Shown piece after piece: positions 23,222 to 35,728 of a stretch of DNA of 64,000 nt. The position numbers and the translations under genes were made by a program. The notes below the pieces were generated by a model. That model was not told the origin of the DNA. It saw nothing but the letters and a program-made list of their open reading frames with translations, and did no database searches. The stretch is from positions 1,934,362 to 1,998,361 of the forward strand of contig NW_003314278.1 of the NCBI RefSeq assembly GCF_000143415.4, written 5' to 3'. The DNA is from Selaginella moellendorffii (Eukaryota > Plantae > Lycopodiophyta). How positions within the stretch are numbered: the stretch's first letter is position 1; each line of letters starts with the position of its first letter.

Positions 23222-25072
23222 TCAGCCCAAGTAGACGTTCCTCAGCAGGACGTACCCGACTGAGCTCTCGGCCTCAATCTCGAGAACCAACTGTGACGCT
23301 CGAGCAGCTCCACGATCCATGACTTTGCTCTCCCGGCACGCTTGGAGGAAGCTCGTCCACACGGACGCGTCCGGGACGAAAGGCATGCTCGCGATGAGCT
23401 CCTCCGAGTCTCGCAACCGGCCGGACCGAGCGAGCGCGTCCACCATGCAGCTGTAGTGCTGCTTGGTCCCTCGCAGCCCAAAGTCACCGATCATCGAAAC
23501 GAGGCAGCATCGCCCATCCTCGGCTTTTCCTCGACGACTGCAAGCGATCAAGGCCGAGACGAAGCACACCTCGTCCACCATATCCAGCAGCTTCATCTCT
23601 CCAAACACGTCGATGGCTTCGCGGTAGCGGCCATTGTGAGCGTTGGCCGCAAGAACAGCGGCCCAGGCCACCATTTCTCGATCTGGCAGAGTCTCAAAGA
23701 TGAGGTTGGCGCTGCCGGGATCACAGTTGTGAGCGTAAGCCGTGAGCATTGCGTTCCAGGAGACGCTGTCCCGCTCCGGCATGTTGGAAAAGAGGAGCCT
23801 GGCTTCGGTGACATGCCCGTTCTGAGCATACGCCGATAGCATCGAGTTGGAGCACACAAGATCGTGCTCCGGGAGAGCATCAAACATTCTCTTCGCGTCA
23901 TGCAATCGTCCAGCGCGAGAGAATGCGGCCATCATCGCGGTAGAGAGCACAAGATCATGCTCGGGAATGGACTGGAACACCCCCGCGGCTTCTTCAAGTT
24001 GGTGGAGCTTTGCTCCTGGGATTTGGGAATAGGCTGTGAGAATCGTGGTCGCCGAGACGATGTTCCTCTCGGGCATTCGATAGAACAGCTCCCCGGCTTC
24101 GTGTAGGCGATTGCTGTCGACGTAGCCCGAGAGGAGAGCGTTCCATGAGATTAGATCCCTCTGCCGCATTCGATCGAACAAGAGCTTGCTATCGTCCACT
24201 CGGCCGTTTTGTCCGAACAGTCCCAACATCGAGTTCGACACCACCAGATTCCACTCGGGCATGGACTCGTAGAGTGACAGAGCTTCTCTCAGACAGCCCC
24301 TGTTTACAAGAGCGCTCACCATGGCTGCCCATGCAAAGAGATTTCTTTGTGGCATACCATCGAACAGTAGCTTTGCGTCCTCAAAATGCCCATTTTGGGC
24401 ATAAGCTCCGATCATAGCCACGGTGGTGACAAGATTGTGCTGATCCATCCGATCAAACACAGCCTTTGCTTCCTCTAGTTTTCCATTTCTTGCAAATGCT
24501 CCCAGAATTGCCGTGAACGTCACCACATTCCACTCCGGCATTCGATCAAACAACTCTACGGAATGTCGGGTTTGGGCAAATACTGCTAGCATGGCGTTCC
24601 ACGTTACCAAGTTTCGCTGTGGCAGCAAATCGAAAAAATATTTAGCCTCGGTAACGCAACCATTTTGAGCGTAGGCTGTTAGCATGGCATTGATGACCAC
24701 CTGATCCCACTCAGGCATCCGGTCATATACATCCTGAGCTTTATCAAGATGCCCGTGTCGGGCATATGCAGCGAGCATGGCAGTCCAGGCCACAACGTTC
24801 CGGTCGGGCATGGAATCGAAGAGATCTTTGGCGCGAACAAGATCTCCGTGCCTCGAGTACGCAGAGAGCATGAGCACCCATGAGCAGCAATCCGCGCCGC
24901 CGCTGCCCACGATCGTGTCGAAAGCCTCCCGAGCGTGGTCGAGGCTGCCACACGCAATGTAAGTCTCGATCACCTTGTTGGCGATGAAGGCGCTGGAGCG
25001 AAGGAGCTCCGGCGAGACAATGGCGCGGAGCTCCTTGGCGCTCTTGCAAGATTCCATGAGCGCCAGATCCAT
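23222..25072 (-). CDS. PLS-class PPR protein (short-motif rich) with E domain
   Basis: Intronless 616-aa ORF; repeated WxAML.AYA..G...A...F..MP; HYSCMVDALARSG..E domain. Confidence 0.92.
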   Translation of the reverse strand: MDLALMESCKSAKELRAIVSPELLRSSAFIANKVIETYIACGSLDHAREAFDTIVGSGGADCCSWVLMLSAYSRHGDLVRAKDLFDSMPDRNVVAWTAMLAAYARHGHLDKAQDVYDRMPEWDQVVINAMLTAYAQNGCVTEAKYFFDLLPQRNLVTWNAMLAVFAQTRHSVELFDRMPEWNVVTFTAILGAFARNGKLEEAKAVFDRMDQHNLVTTVAMIGAYAQNGHFEDAKLLFDGMPQRNLFAWAAMVSALVNRGCLREALSLYESMPEWNLVVSNSMLGLFGQNGRVDDSKLLFDRMRQRDLISWNALLSGYVDSNRLHEAGELFYRMPERNIVSATTILTAYSQIPGAKLHQLEEAAGVFQSIPEHDLVLSTAMMAAFSRAGRLHDAKRMFDALPEHDLVCSNSMLSAYAQNGHVTEARLLFSNMPERDSVSWNAMLTAYAHNCDPGSANLIFETLPDREMVAWAAVLAANAHNGRYREAIDVFGEMKLLDMVDEVCFVSALIACSRRGKAEDGRCCLVSMIGDFGLRGTKQHYSCMVDALARSGRLRDSEELIASMPFVPDASVWTSFLQACRESKVMDRGAARASQLVLEIEAESSVGYVLLRNVYLG

Positions 25073-25425
25073 GGCGCAAAAGTCTACATTTTCGAGCTAA
25101 GTCAAGCTTAGTCCGTGAGGAAGAAGACAATGTGGAAACGGCCTATCGGATCCCGACAAACGCTGGAAGAGATCCCGAAATACAAGTTTGAATACAATTG
25201 AAAGAAAAATCCTAGTCCACTTTCTCAATTGCCGAGCTATGGATGAGATCACGGCACTGTGATTGCGCACGGCGACAAACCAAGACACCTCTCTCTAGAG
25301 TATGGCTCCAAAACGCTCGCTCGCCATAGCTTTCGATCGATCCAAACGAGAGTTTGTTATGAGGCACAGAAACAGGCTCGGTCACGAGAGGAGGAGATTT
25401 GTACAAGAAAAGAGCTAAAACAACA

Positions 25426-26350
25426 CTAGACATTGATGGTCGAGGCTGCCCAGCTCGTCCCTTTTCCAAAGCTGCTCGATCCCCGCGGCGAGTACTTCTT
25501 GGCCAATTGATCCACCTTGAAGGTGGCACCGCAAATCTGGCCCTGGCTGTCCACGCGGGGCATCGGCTTCATCTCGTTGAGGGGGTGCTCGTAGCTGTTC
25601 AGGCCCACCACGCTCGCGAAGAAACATCCTGGAGTTTTGGCTGATCAGATCATCGTTCTCTAGAGAAAATCGTGCAAACCTTGCGGGAAGGGAGCGAACG
25701 ATTGACCGCAGCCTTCCTTGAGAAGCGTCGCATTGTCCGAGAAGCAGAGCGATCCATCGGCGGCAGTGCCCCAGAAGAACGGGACCTTGCCATGGGAATC
25801 CTGATCAAGGCGAAAGAAAGGGGGAGTTCTTAGCTCGAGGATCGATCGATCGAGGGAGAGCTTGCTTACGCTGGCAGTGAAGACTCCTCGGGCCTCACGA
25901 TCATACAAGACAAAGGCGAACTGGCCACGCAAATCTCGCACGACTTGGTGCGCCGGATATGGTTCTCTGTCGCGCAGAGCCCTGTAGGCTTCGATCACGA
26001 ACAGCACCTCGCTGATCGATTTGGGGAGGCCATACGATTGGCGCAGCGTGGGGAGATTCTCCAGCATGCCCTCGAAGAGGCAGAAGATGTTATCCACAGC
26101 CGCGAAGCTCCTGTAGCATGGTTAGCTAAGCTTCCAAGAACACCGGAAGAACTTACCTGGGCCTCAGGAGAGCTTGCTGCGAGTGAGAGTAGATCATCTT
26201 GCAATTCTTGTCTGCTTGGATCTGGACGGCCTGAGGGAACGCCCTGACGAATCCCTCCGCGACCTCCACCGCGCTGCTGCCATTGGAGCTGTCCTTCGGA
26301 TTAAGCTCCTGTGGAGCTTCCGCCACGGATTTGTGAAACACTGCCAACAT
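25426..26350 (-). CDS. Stem-specific protein TSJT1 / Wali7-like (DUF3700), multi-exon
   Basis: MLAVFHKSVAEAPQEL, VIEAYRALRDREPYP, FFWGTAADG, SFAPFPQG, MPRVDSQGQICGATFKV; GT-AG introns. Confidence 0.9.
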
Positions 26351-26949
26351 GATTACCGCTCGATCGAACCCCTTTCCCTGATCTTGCCCACGCAAATCAC
26401 GAGAAGTTTACTCCCACGCACCCCTCGGATCACCGAAACCTTGCGGGGCTATATGGTGACCGCACAAACGTACGAAGATTCCCTCTCTCCCCCAATGCTC
26501 TGGAGCCCTCTTTTAAAAGAGGGGAGATTCGGCCAGAGATTCTTACCAGGCTTTACCTTCACATCTCTTGATAAAGTTTATAGAGGAAGTTACCACGGCA
26601 TTTTCTCTGTTCCGGTTGCCCCTTACCGGCAAATGCCAGTAAGCTGGAGCATTTGGGGGTGGGTGGCAGGGCCAGTGGAGAGAGGGACCACGGCGGCCAG
26701 CAGCCAGGCGGCCGGCGAGGAGAAGCCGTGCCGGGATCGATTCTCGTTGTGGCTACGGCCGCATTGCCTTGACCTTATCCAGCATGATTGTACATAAGGT
26801 GAAACGTGATGTTGACAAAAAATTTCAGTGTCACGATCTCGATCCAAATGTGGGACCCAGGGATAAAAAAATCTCTTCCTTTGCTTGTTCTAGCTACGTC
26901 CAACCATCGCTATAGTGTTGGGTGATCAACTATCTCGCTAACAAGCCAC

Positions 26950-27023
26950 TGCTTTCACTGAGAGTTGAACTCAGGACCTCCCGCTTACTAAACGGGTGCT
27001 CTGACCAACTGAGCTATGAAAGC
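26950..27023 (-). tRNA. trnT-AGT: tRNA-Thr (anticodon AGT)
   Basis: GCTTTCATAGCTCAGTTGGTCAGAGCACCCGTTTAGTAAGCGGGAGGTCCTGAGTTCAACTCTCAGTGAAAGCA; cloverleaf with anticodon loop TTAGTAA. Confidence 0.95.
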
Positions 27024-27029
27024 TTATCG

Positions 27030-27910
27030 AGATGGCCTTTGCTGGCAGCTCGAGAGCTCAAAGCCCAATAAGATCATTCCTATTTTCCTAGATCTTGAAG
27101 CTTATGCAGAGAATGAGCAATCCACCAATGCAACCATGCCTATTTGCAACATTTTCTCCTGGTCTGTGCTGCTCAGGTCTTATTAGCGATCCCGGCAGAT
27201 TGAGAGGCTAAGCAATTGCACGAGCGGAATGTGCTTATCTGAAGCACCATGCTTGTAGCATATGCTCAAACCGGGAATATTCGCAGGCAATGACGAGATT
27301 ATGATAAACGCATATTCTCCAAACGGATATCTCTCCCTCGCGGTGTCGACGTTCCATGGCAATGCCAGAATATGCGCAGGTGACTTGGAATTCCATTCTC
27401 CAAGTGTATCCCAAACGGTGAAAGTTGCTGCTGATGGAAGTTTTTGACGGAATGCCTGATCACATATGCTGACGGTATATGCCCGTGCCGGGCATGTGGA
27501 TCGTGCACAGGGCATGTTCCAGTCAATGCCGGAGCAAAACGAGGTGTCCTGACGCGATATGCCGAGAATCTTGAGGTGTCAAATACTGCTTGACGAGATT
27601 CCAGAGCCAAACAGGACGATCATGATATATGCGGAGTCCGGGCATCTCCGAGATGCCGAGAGAACGTTCAAGCACGTCCCTTCGCACGATGCCGTCGCGC
27701 TAAACGCAATGCTTCAGGCTTACGTCCTCAACGGGAGAGACGACATGGTTTGACAAAATGGGATTTGCTTCGAGCGGGCATTTGCACAAAGCGAGAGACC
27801 TGTTCATCACGATGCCACGGAGGGCCTTCCTCGACCCTGCTACAGGCTTTTGCTCAAGCAGGGCAGATCAGATTCGCGAGAAAAACCTTAGATTTTATGC
27901 CTGCTGCTCT
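27030..27910 (+). pseudogene. PPR pseudogene
   Basis: Scattered PPR motifs (MINAYSPNG, MIYAESGHLRDAERTF, ALNAMLQAYVLNG) across frames with stops. Confidence 0.7.
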
Positions 27911-28169
27911 TCCGCGAGATGATTCTGCCCGGCATGAGCACCGACGAGGACATTCAAGCCCATCGAGATCTCCGACGCGCCTGCTTCCACGTCTAGACAT
28001 CCAGCGGCAACACTACCAATGCATCGCCCAGCCCATCTCGTCGGCATGGCGATCGAGGCGGCGCCTTCTAGACCCGAGAGCCCTAAAGTCGATCTAGGGC
28101 TACAGCTGTTTCGTTGGCGCGGCGGCGGAAAGGCGCGCTTCGAGGATCTGGGAGCTCCGATCGGCTGCA

Positions 28170-28484
28170 ATGGCGGCGCGCCATCAGGCAGTGGTGCCAT
28201 CGCGATCATCGTCGGGTGACGACAGCCTGTGGGCACGGGTGAGCAACAAGGTCGTGCAATCGTCGCTGTACCACAAGTCGAAGCGCGCGTTGTCCAGCGC
28301 CTCGTACGCCAGCAAGAAGCTCATGTTTAGCACCGGCAAGGCCGCCTGGATCGCGGGGACGACGCTGCTGGTTTTCGTGGTGCCGCTCATCATCGAGGTG
28401 GACAAGGAGCAGCAGCTCGCGGAGCTCGAGTCGCAACAGGCAACGCTGCTCGGTGGCGCTCCCCAGCAGCCCGGACCACCGTGA
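28170..28484 (+). CDS. TOM9: Mitochondrial import receptor subunit TOM9/TOM22
   Basis: KKLMFSTGKAAWIAGTTLLVFVVPLIIEVDKEQQ signature. Confidence 0.9.
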   Translation: MAARHQAVVPSRSSSGDDSLWARVSNKVVQSSLYHKSKRALSSASYASKKLMFSTGKAAWIAGTTLLVFVVPLIIEVDKEQQLAELESQQATLLGGAPQQPGPP

Positions 28485-29564
28485 ATGAGGCACGTAAGTT
28501 CTTCGTTCCCTTGTTCTTCTTGTTCTTCTCTCGAGGATGATCTCTGGATCTTTGCTCGTTCCTTGTTCTTCTCGAGGATGACCATTTGATCTTTGCTTTC
28601 TTCCACAGGAAATGCGAGAGAGTTTTCAGTTTTCGCTGTAAAGAAAGGAGAGAAAGTGACTTGGCAAAGGTTTGTAGTGCGCAGGTCTTCCCGAGGCATA
28701 GTAGAAGTCTAGAGCATCCGAGGTGTAGTTTGTCCCTGTGCTTTTCTCATACAGCTCTTCCGTGTGATTGATTCAGTGTGCACTGGACTCCGCATTTCCT
28801 GCGGGGTGGTCCTTTCCTTTTGACAAGTTCAACGCAATAGTGTTAATCTCTAGTGGCCGGCAGCAGCAATCGCATCTCCAAAACATGCGAAGTTCTTCCT
28901 GCCGTTTGCGCAACTTGCCTGGTAGGCTGGTACACCAATATTCCCAATTTGCTCTTTCGGGCCGGAAAAGTATGGAAAAGTACCACATACACAGAACAAT
29001 AAGAGTGATGGACCAAACGAGCAGAAAGAAGAGAAAGCAAGAGATTCCAAAGAACCATTATACCTTGGAAATAGCATCTCGTTTATCCCTCATGGCTCAA
29101 GTCGGGATTAGGTCAAAAGGCCAAGGCTAAAAACATAACGCCCGACGGCATTAATTACGCCCCTAGGCGGTGACGTGCCGGAGAAGGCCGACACGTGTCG
29201 CCCGTGCCGACGCGGCGGCCTGCTATTTGCGGCGCATGATCACGAGCGCGGCGGGCCAATCACAGGCCGCCGACGTCCGGACCTCGTACGGAGAGAGGTT
29301 AGGTCTGTACGGCCCGGTAGTCCCTGCCAGGCTGGCACATATTCCGGGCAATTCCCAGCCGCCATCGCCAAAGGGGGGTTTCCAAAGAGTTGGACATGGC
29401 TCCCTATATAACTACCTCGCCCTGTCGCCCAGTGCTATCGTCAGTGATTGGGAATTTTTCTTTTGTGCGTGAGTGGCTTCTTCTTCTTCCTCTCCTCTGG
29501 GATACATTCCCATAGTGGGTGATTCTTTGGGCGATTCTTTCTCCGCTTCTTTTGATTCGTGGCT

Positions 29565-30170
29565 ATGGAGGAGAAGAGGGCGAGGGATGGGGACGGGGAG
29601 GATGAAGATCCCCGGGACTGTCTCAAGAAGCTGTGTAGAGGGCTGGGGATCGTGGAAGAGGAGCACCATGGCCTCGCGTTGGATGAAGAGGGCAACCGCG
29701 AGGTGGCGCTGGAGGAATCCAGCCTCGCGCGCGAGGAGCTCCTCTCGGGCGTGATCAAGAGCCTGGAGGAGGAGATCAATCTCTCGTCTGGGTCGTCGTC
29801 GCCGGCGCCGGTGGAGCAGCAGCAAGAGGAATCCTGCCAGGAGATCTTCGCGACGAGCAGCCGGCTGAGCTATCTCCTGGAGGCGTCGGACGACGAGCTG
29901 GGCATCGCGAGCCCGGCGCTGTCGGAGGCGGATCTCTCGTGCTCGTTGAGCGAGCAGCAGATCCGCGCCAACGCCGTGCTGGATCTGCTCGAGGGCGAGG
30001 TGATCAGCCTGGGCTTCCCCGAGTTTGAGGAGGAGTGGATCCGCAGGGCCGTCGCGACCATGGAGATGGTGATGGAGTCTTCTTCAGTGGAGTTGGATGG
30101 CTCTTCCACGGTCGCGGGGATTGAGTCGCCATGTCAGCCACTCCTGGTCGAATCGTCGGGCTCGTTGTGA
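29565..30170 (+). CDS. Acidic plant-specific protein of unknown function
   Basis: VIKSLEEEI and LSYLLEASDDELGI motifs; GC3-rich codons; TATA-like CTATATAA at about 29404. Confidence 0.7.
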   Translation: MEEKRARDGDGEDEDPRDCLKKLCRGLGIVEEEHHGLALDEEGNREVALEESSLAREELLSGVIKSLEEEINLSSGSSSPAPVEQQQEESCQEIFATSSRLSYLLEASDDELGIASPALSEADLSCSLSEQQIRANAVLDLLEGEVISLGFPEFEEEWIRRAVATMEMVMESSSVELDGSSTVAGIESPCQPLLVESSGSL

Positions 30171-31379
30171 TCTCTCGCTTCCTCGCAAAGAAGAGGAATT
30201 GGATCGGCCCTTGTGAATAGTAGGAAATTTTTTTACTTTGCTTTGTATTGACTTTTAACTGCGGCACTGACAATAGAATGCATCAATCAAATATGAGGTG
30301 GAGTGGAGAGTGGATCATCAAAACAGGTCACACACTCTCTCTAGCTGAAAGAAGAAAATTTTACTCCAGATGTCGTGTCGTGCGATTGGCCAATCCTGTC
30401 GTACGGTTACTTGTGTGGTGTGCGTGGAAATTGATTAGCGGTTATGCGTCCTCAACTTTACTTAGCGCCAAGATCGAGTTATGGAGACGCGACGATCTGG
30501 AGGATTTTCATTAGAGAGCTATCACTATCACTCACCATAGAAACGAGAGAGATCAAATCTGGGCGTCCACGACACGGAAAAGTTGGAGAGTCTCGCGAGA
30601 AGGAAACTCTCGATTTTCGTCGCTTTGACTGGGAATCTTGAAATCCTCGCCTCGCCTGAGGTACAAACACGCGTAAGTCAGTAACACAGAAAAAAAAAAA
30701 AAGAGTAAAACATGAAATCGAGGATTCACTCACACAGTAAGATTCGCTGGATTGATTCGCCTGTGAGTAAGGTGGCCCACGCATGCTGCATTGGAAGACG
30801 GCGCGACGAGCGATTTTGGGTCCTTGTTGCTGACCGCCCGAAACACCTGCGAGATGGAAAACGCAGTGATGACAACTACAAACGACGAGGAAGACTGGAA
30901 AAAAGAGATTAGAAAACTTAGATGGGAATGGGAATCGAATACCTCGTGGGAAGAAGCTACACATGGTGCTTGGCCCAAGTCGCACGCCTTGGAGCCTCCA
31001 TGGAAAGTGCGTGCGTCGTCCACCACCAACACCAACGCTCCCTTCCCTGGAATGAAAAAAATGCGGACTATCCATTTGACAAATCCTGTCACCCCGGTTC
31101 CTGAAAGCTTTGCTGCTCTTCTGCCTGTTCCACCAACCAGTCGGCCCGTTTTGCGTGGGTGCTGGCCAATGAAAGTCCAAAACCGGTGCGTATCAATCCT
31201 GTGTGCCTCTGTCTCTGTCCCTTTCTCTGGCGGTGGCGATCATTCTGTCTCGTGAAAGGCGGGCGGGCGGGCGGGCGGAGCCAAAGGTTTGCAGTCCAGA
31301 CACGCACTCTGCATGGGCGCATCCTGCACAAAAGCCGTTCGAGAGAGCGTCAAATCTCTAAGTTTGCATGAAGTCTTAC

Positions 31380-32625
31380 CTCCCGGGGAAAGCTTTGGAC
31401 ATGTTGAACAAGCAATTACATTCTCAGGCAGCGCTTGACGTGCTGTCGTTACGCAACATTTTCGTGGCTCGTTATCACCCGCTCCATCCATTCTGTTGAG
31501 CCGGGGGACCAGACAACGGGCTTACTTCCAGATTCCCACTTTCCGGACGCTGCCAAACAGGAGCACTAGATAAGCCTCTGCTGCGTCGTTGTCGATAACC
31601 AGGGACTTACTGAAAATTCTTCATCGAGCTGTCACGGTCCGGAAGTAACCTGGTTTCCGGCATCAAATCGGGTACCGCCTGTGAAGAAGATTCGAAGAAC
31701 AGAAACGTGGTCACGCTTGTTGTACGTTTCTGGTTTCCTGGCCAGCCTGGTTCACCAGCTTGCGCAGCCCGTAGTCCCTCAACTTCTGAGAATTCAGCTT
31801 CTTGATGGCGGACAGGTACTGAGCAGCACCAGACGGCATCTGATCTTTGTTGGTCTTGGTTATCGGTTTTGACCCTTCTTTACGCTTCAAGACTTCGAGA
31901 GCTTCTGCTTGGACCTCTTCAAAACAAATATTTATGCGTCAGTAACTACTAAGAAGCAAATAAAGAAATCACGCAGACCGGATGTTCCTCTCGCAGCACT
32001 AACTGCGAATTCTCGCTCCGTGATTGCTTGAGGCCAGTCCTCAACGCATGTCATGTGTTTCATGGCCATCTCGTAAGCCTTTGAAAAGATCGAAACAGTC
32101 AGGGACAAGGAAAGCTAGCTAATAAATAGAGTGCCTTACTTTCACAGCGTTGGAGAAGAAAAAACTCCTCGAGCAGGCCCTCGCAAAGTCCATCCATTCT
32201 TCCGCAGATACAACCAGCTCTGGATATTCCACGCAAAAGGTCTCTCGCAGTATCAAGGTCTCGTAACGAAGAACAAATTGCTCCTTTCACACGAACAAAT
32301 TTTCGGCTTTAGATATGAAAATCAAAGAAGCTACCTCAATGTCACAGGCTAGATCGAAGCAGCCTTGGAGGAAGTCGAGCAGCTCCAGCTTCTCTTCGAT
32401 AGGGATCTGCGCGGCGGATCTCAAGCAGGCGCTGGAAGCCTCTCGGAGCATTTCTTTCACGGTGGAGTCGAGACCAGGGTCCAGCATGACACGCAGCTTC
32501 TGAAACGCAAGATCATACCTGCGAATCCAGACGCTGCATTGGCTCCCGCAAGAGCGATCAAGACCTTACCTCCTCGACATTACGAGCGACGCGAACCTTT
32601 GCATTTCCATCGCAAGCAAGCGCCT
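31380..32625 (-). CDS. Multi-exon gene or pseudogene of unknown function (boundaries uncertain)
   Basis: Several GT-AG intron-like segments separating coding-like exons (e.g. ORF 32287-32487); telo-box upstream at about 32658. Confidence 0.35.
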
Positions 32626-32730
32626 TGAATCCGCCATTGCCGCCAAGAAACAAGAACTAGGGTTTATACCCCATCAAATTCCTCGTTTTAAAATCCCTCT
32701 CTCAATTCTCTCGCGTGCTTGGGAACATCG

Positions 32731-33581
32731 TCAAGGAACGAATTCGATCTCTCCTCTCTGCAATCCCTTGAACACATTCAATCCCCCCGCGGCGCCAGCG
32801 CTGAAGCTCCCATCGATCACGAGGCTATGGCCGCTGATATACTTCGAATCATCGCTGGCCAGGAAGAGCGCGGCCTTGGCCACGTCCTCGGGCGCCAGCA
32901 TCGTCCTCAAATCCTCGCAATTCTCAGCGCCAGGGCAGGATTTCCCATCCCGGATCTCCAGATGCCTGAGATGCCGCCCCACAGAGCACAGCAAATCCGT
33001 CAAGACCCCATTGGGCGTGATGCAATTCACGCGGATGCCATAGTGGGCGAGCTCCAGCGCGCACGTCTTGACGAGCCCTAGAATGGCGTGCTTGGTGATG
33101 GTGTAGGGGTGGAGTGCGAGGCCGGCCACCATAGCCGAGACGCTGGCGGTGCACAGAATCGACCCCTGGACGTGCTGCTCAATCATGACGCGCGACGCGT
33201 GCTTGATGCCCAGCGCCGCCCCTCTCACGTTCACAGCGTAGAGGAAATCCAGCTCGGCCGCCTCCATGGAGGAGATCGACGGTGATGGATGCCGCCCATT
33301 GAGCACGCCGGCGTTGTTGTGCATCACATCCAGCCGTCCAAACTCGGACACCGCGGTGCGTACCGCGCGGACTATGTCGGCCTCGCTGCCCACGTCGCAG
33401 TGCACGTAGCGGCATACCGCCGGGCCGCCGACCTCAGCCTCGAGCCGGGCGCCCGACTCGTCGTCAATGTCGGCGATGACCAGCCTTGCGCCGTTGGATG
33501 CGAAGAGCCGCGCCGTGGCGGCGCCGATGCCGTTGGCTCCGCCGGTGATCACCGCGACCTTGTCCCGGAGGAGCTCTTGCC
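32731..33581 (-). CDS. Short-chain dehydrogenase/reductase (ABA2 / TS2 / secoisolariciresinol dehydrogenase-like family); start not resolved
   Basis: LRDKVAVITGGANGIG, HCDV, NNAG, YTITKHA (YxxxK), GIRVNCITP, FLASDDSKYISGHSLVIDG. Confidence 0.9.
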
Positions 33582-34455
33582 TGGAAGAAAGAAATAAAAT
33601 CGCTCCAGCATGAATTCCTGGCCTGATTCACCTGGTGTGCTGTTGTTGGTCGTGATTGATTTTCGTGGAGAAGAAGAAGCGCCCTCCTCTCTTGGATTGC
33701 TGCCTAATTCACAGGGATTGGATTCAGATAGATGGTTGCGTACTTTTGTTCCAATCCAAGTACCTCAAGAGCCTCCTCCCAGACAATATCATACTCGCGT
33801 CTTCACTCCAATTCGTATCGCTCCTCTCCAGAGAAGAGAGCTGTGGTCACTCGCGCTTATTGCTCGATCGCTGCGAGATATCTGTCGACTAAAAACCCGA
33901 ATCACTCCAAAGTCTGTTGCTGCTGCTAGCGCTGCCGCGGCTGTAAGAGCGGCCATTATCAAAGCTCTCGCAACATGCTCCCCATTAATACGAGAAGTAG
34001 AAGAAGAAAGACTAGTAAAAGAAAAGGAGATGGAAAGACACAAAAGGGCTCTCTGTTCCTCGACGATAGAGACTCGGAGCTCTCTCTCAGGCTTAACAAA
34101 ATGCCTGACACACAGCCCGACAAGGACCGAGAGAAAAGCCCACAAACTCGAGAGCTTTGCTTGGATCGAGAAGGAAAACTTCGCACAAATCATGCCCGAC
34201 AAAGCCTCTCTTCCAAGCTCGCTCACGCTTTCGGCGTCCTTGTGTGTGTCTGATGCGCACAAGTCTTCGTTTTCCTGCCGCACTGTTTTGCCAGACGTGT
34301 GTAAGTTGACAGTGCATTAGAACTAAAACAATCGGATTCATGGACATCAAATGCTCGGCTTTGCTACAATCAAATCGAAAGCCATGGACGATAACTCTTG
34401 TACAACACAACCAAATCAAAAGCTTCTAGAGAGTTAAAAGGTGGTACATCTTTCG

Positions 34456-35529
34456 TCAAAAGAAGCTCGACCCTTTCACCACCATGTAGAAACCCTGGTT
34501 CATCACAAAGTCCGTGATCTTCTGGTAGAACTTCTCCGTGAAATGAACTCCATCCCAGTTCATGTGCTTCGACAGGGATTTGCACACCGTGGAGGTGCTG
34601 CAGCCGCATCCGGGCTTGCTCGCGTCGCAGTTGTAAGTCCCCGACCCCGACCCACAGCACGCCTGCAGCTTGCTGGCCGGATCAAAGCCGTAATCCTCCG
34701 GGCTCTTGTACATGGCCAGCGCCGCCGCGAACACATCCCCATACACGATGTTCTCACCGGCATCGATCCCCTCGAGCATCGCCATCAGCGCCTTGTTGAA
34801 TTCCATGCTCACCTTGCTGATCTCCTCGAGGCAGCCGAATCCATCGTACTTGGGACTGGATCCCACACTTTGCTGCAGGTAGAGCGGCAGGCACCCCTGC
34901 GGCGGGAGATTCATCACCAGGAAGCTCTTGATCCCCTCCTTGGCGAGACGGTTGATCCCGTCCTCGATGGAGCCGATCACGTCGGGGATCTTGGCGACGA
35001 TGGCGCTCGGAGAGGAGCCGCCGATGATCATGTAGTTGATGTCGTTGCCGCCGATGAGTATGATCGCGACGCCGGATTCCACCGTGCTAATCGAGGGGAA
35101 GTGCGAGGTGGCGTGCGAGGAGGAGCAGTCCTTCTTGAAGTTGACGAAGCTGTCGATCTGGCGATCCAGGCTGATGCCGCTGGGGAGCGTTGGGCTCGCG
35201 AAGTCCTCGTTCGCGGTGGCGCCGGCGATGGCGAAGTTGACGCCCTTGGTATAGTCTAGATTCTTGTTGCTCCCGCCGTCGTAGGGTGGCAAGAAGTGCG
35301 TGCCAAAGTTGTCCATGGCGAAATCTAGCCATAGCCTCCCGTCCGAGAACCTCCCCGTGGCCTTTTTGAAGTACGTCATGCCATACGGGAGCTTCACCAC
35401 CCCGCCCGACATGCTCTGCAAGTTTCCCGTGTCGGACAGCGAATCTCCAAACGCCATGAAGTATTTGGTGGCGTAAGTGGTCTGAACGCAAAGTATCAGC
35501 GACAAAAAAACCAAGATCTTCCACTCCAT
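34456..35529 (-). CDS. GDSL esterase/lipase, secreted, intronless
   Basis: Signal peptide; FGDSLSDTGN, GRFSDGR, GVNFAIAGA, IGGND, WDGVHFTE. Confidence 0.93.
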   Translation of the reverse strand: MEWKILVFLSLILCVQTTYATKYFMAFGDSLSDTGNLQSMSGGVVKLPYGMTYFKKATGRFSDGRLWLDFAMDNFGTHFLPPYDGGSNKNLDYTKGVNFAIAGATANEDFASPTLPSGISLDRQIDSFVNFKKDCSSSHATSHFPSISTVESGVAIILIGGNDINYMIIGGSSPSAIVAKIPDVIGSIEDGINRLAKEGIKSFLVMNLPPQGCLPLYLQQSVGSSPKYDGFGCLEEISKVSMEFNKALMAMLEGIDAGENIVYGDVFAAALAMYKSPEDYGFDPASKLQACCGSGSGTYNCDASKPGCGCSTSTVCKSLSKHMNWDGVHFTEKFYQKITDFVMNQGFYMVVKGSSFF

Positions 35530-35728
35530 TGCCACTGCCCCAAGGATTACTATCAAGTTTATTTTTAGTGTTTTTCAAAAGTAACACGATCTCTTTGAAC
35601 GGCTGTGATTTGCCAGAAATATTCTATTTTCTCGTCTAATTTATAACTTTGTGATTTAAAGGTAAACACAATGCTTTGAACTATGTTTTAAAGTTGAGGT
35701 CTTGGCCAAGAAAGGGGAGCCCCGCTCC

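Noticed and set aside
30479-31371. Overlapping ORFs or possible miRNA precursor
   Set aside because: No recognisable domain, no convincing hairpin, and no match to conserved plant miRNAs that I could see
33610-34320. 236-aa plus-strand ORF between SDR and GDSL
   Set aside because: No recognisable motif, and it overlaps the SDR 5' region; cannot be supported as a gene
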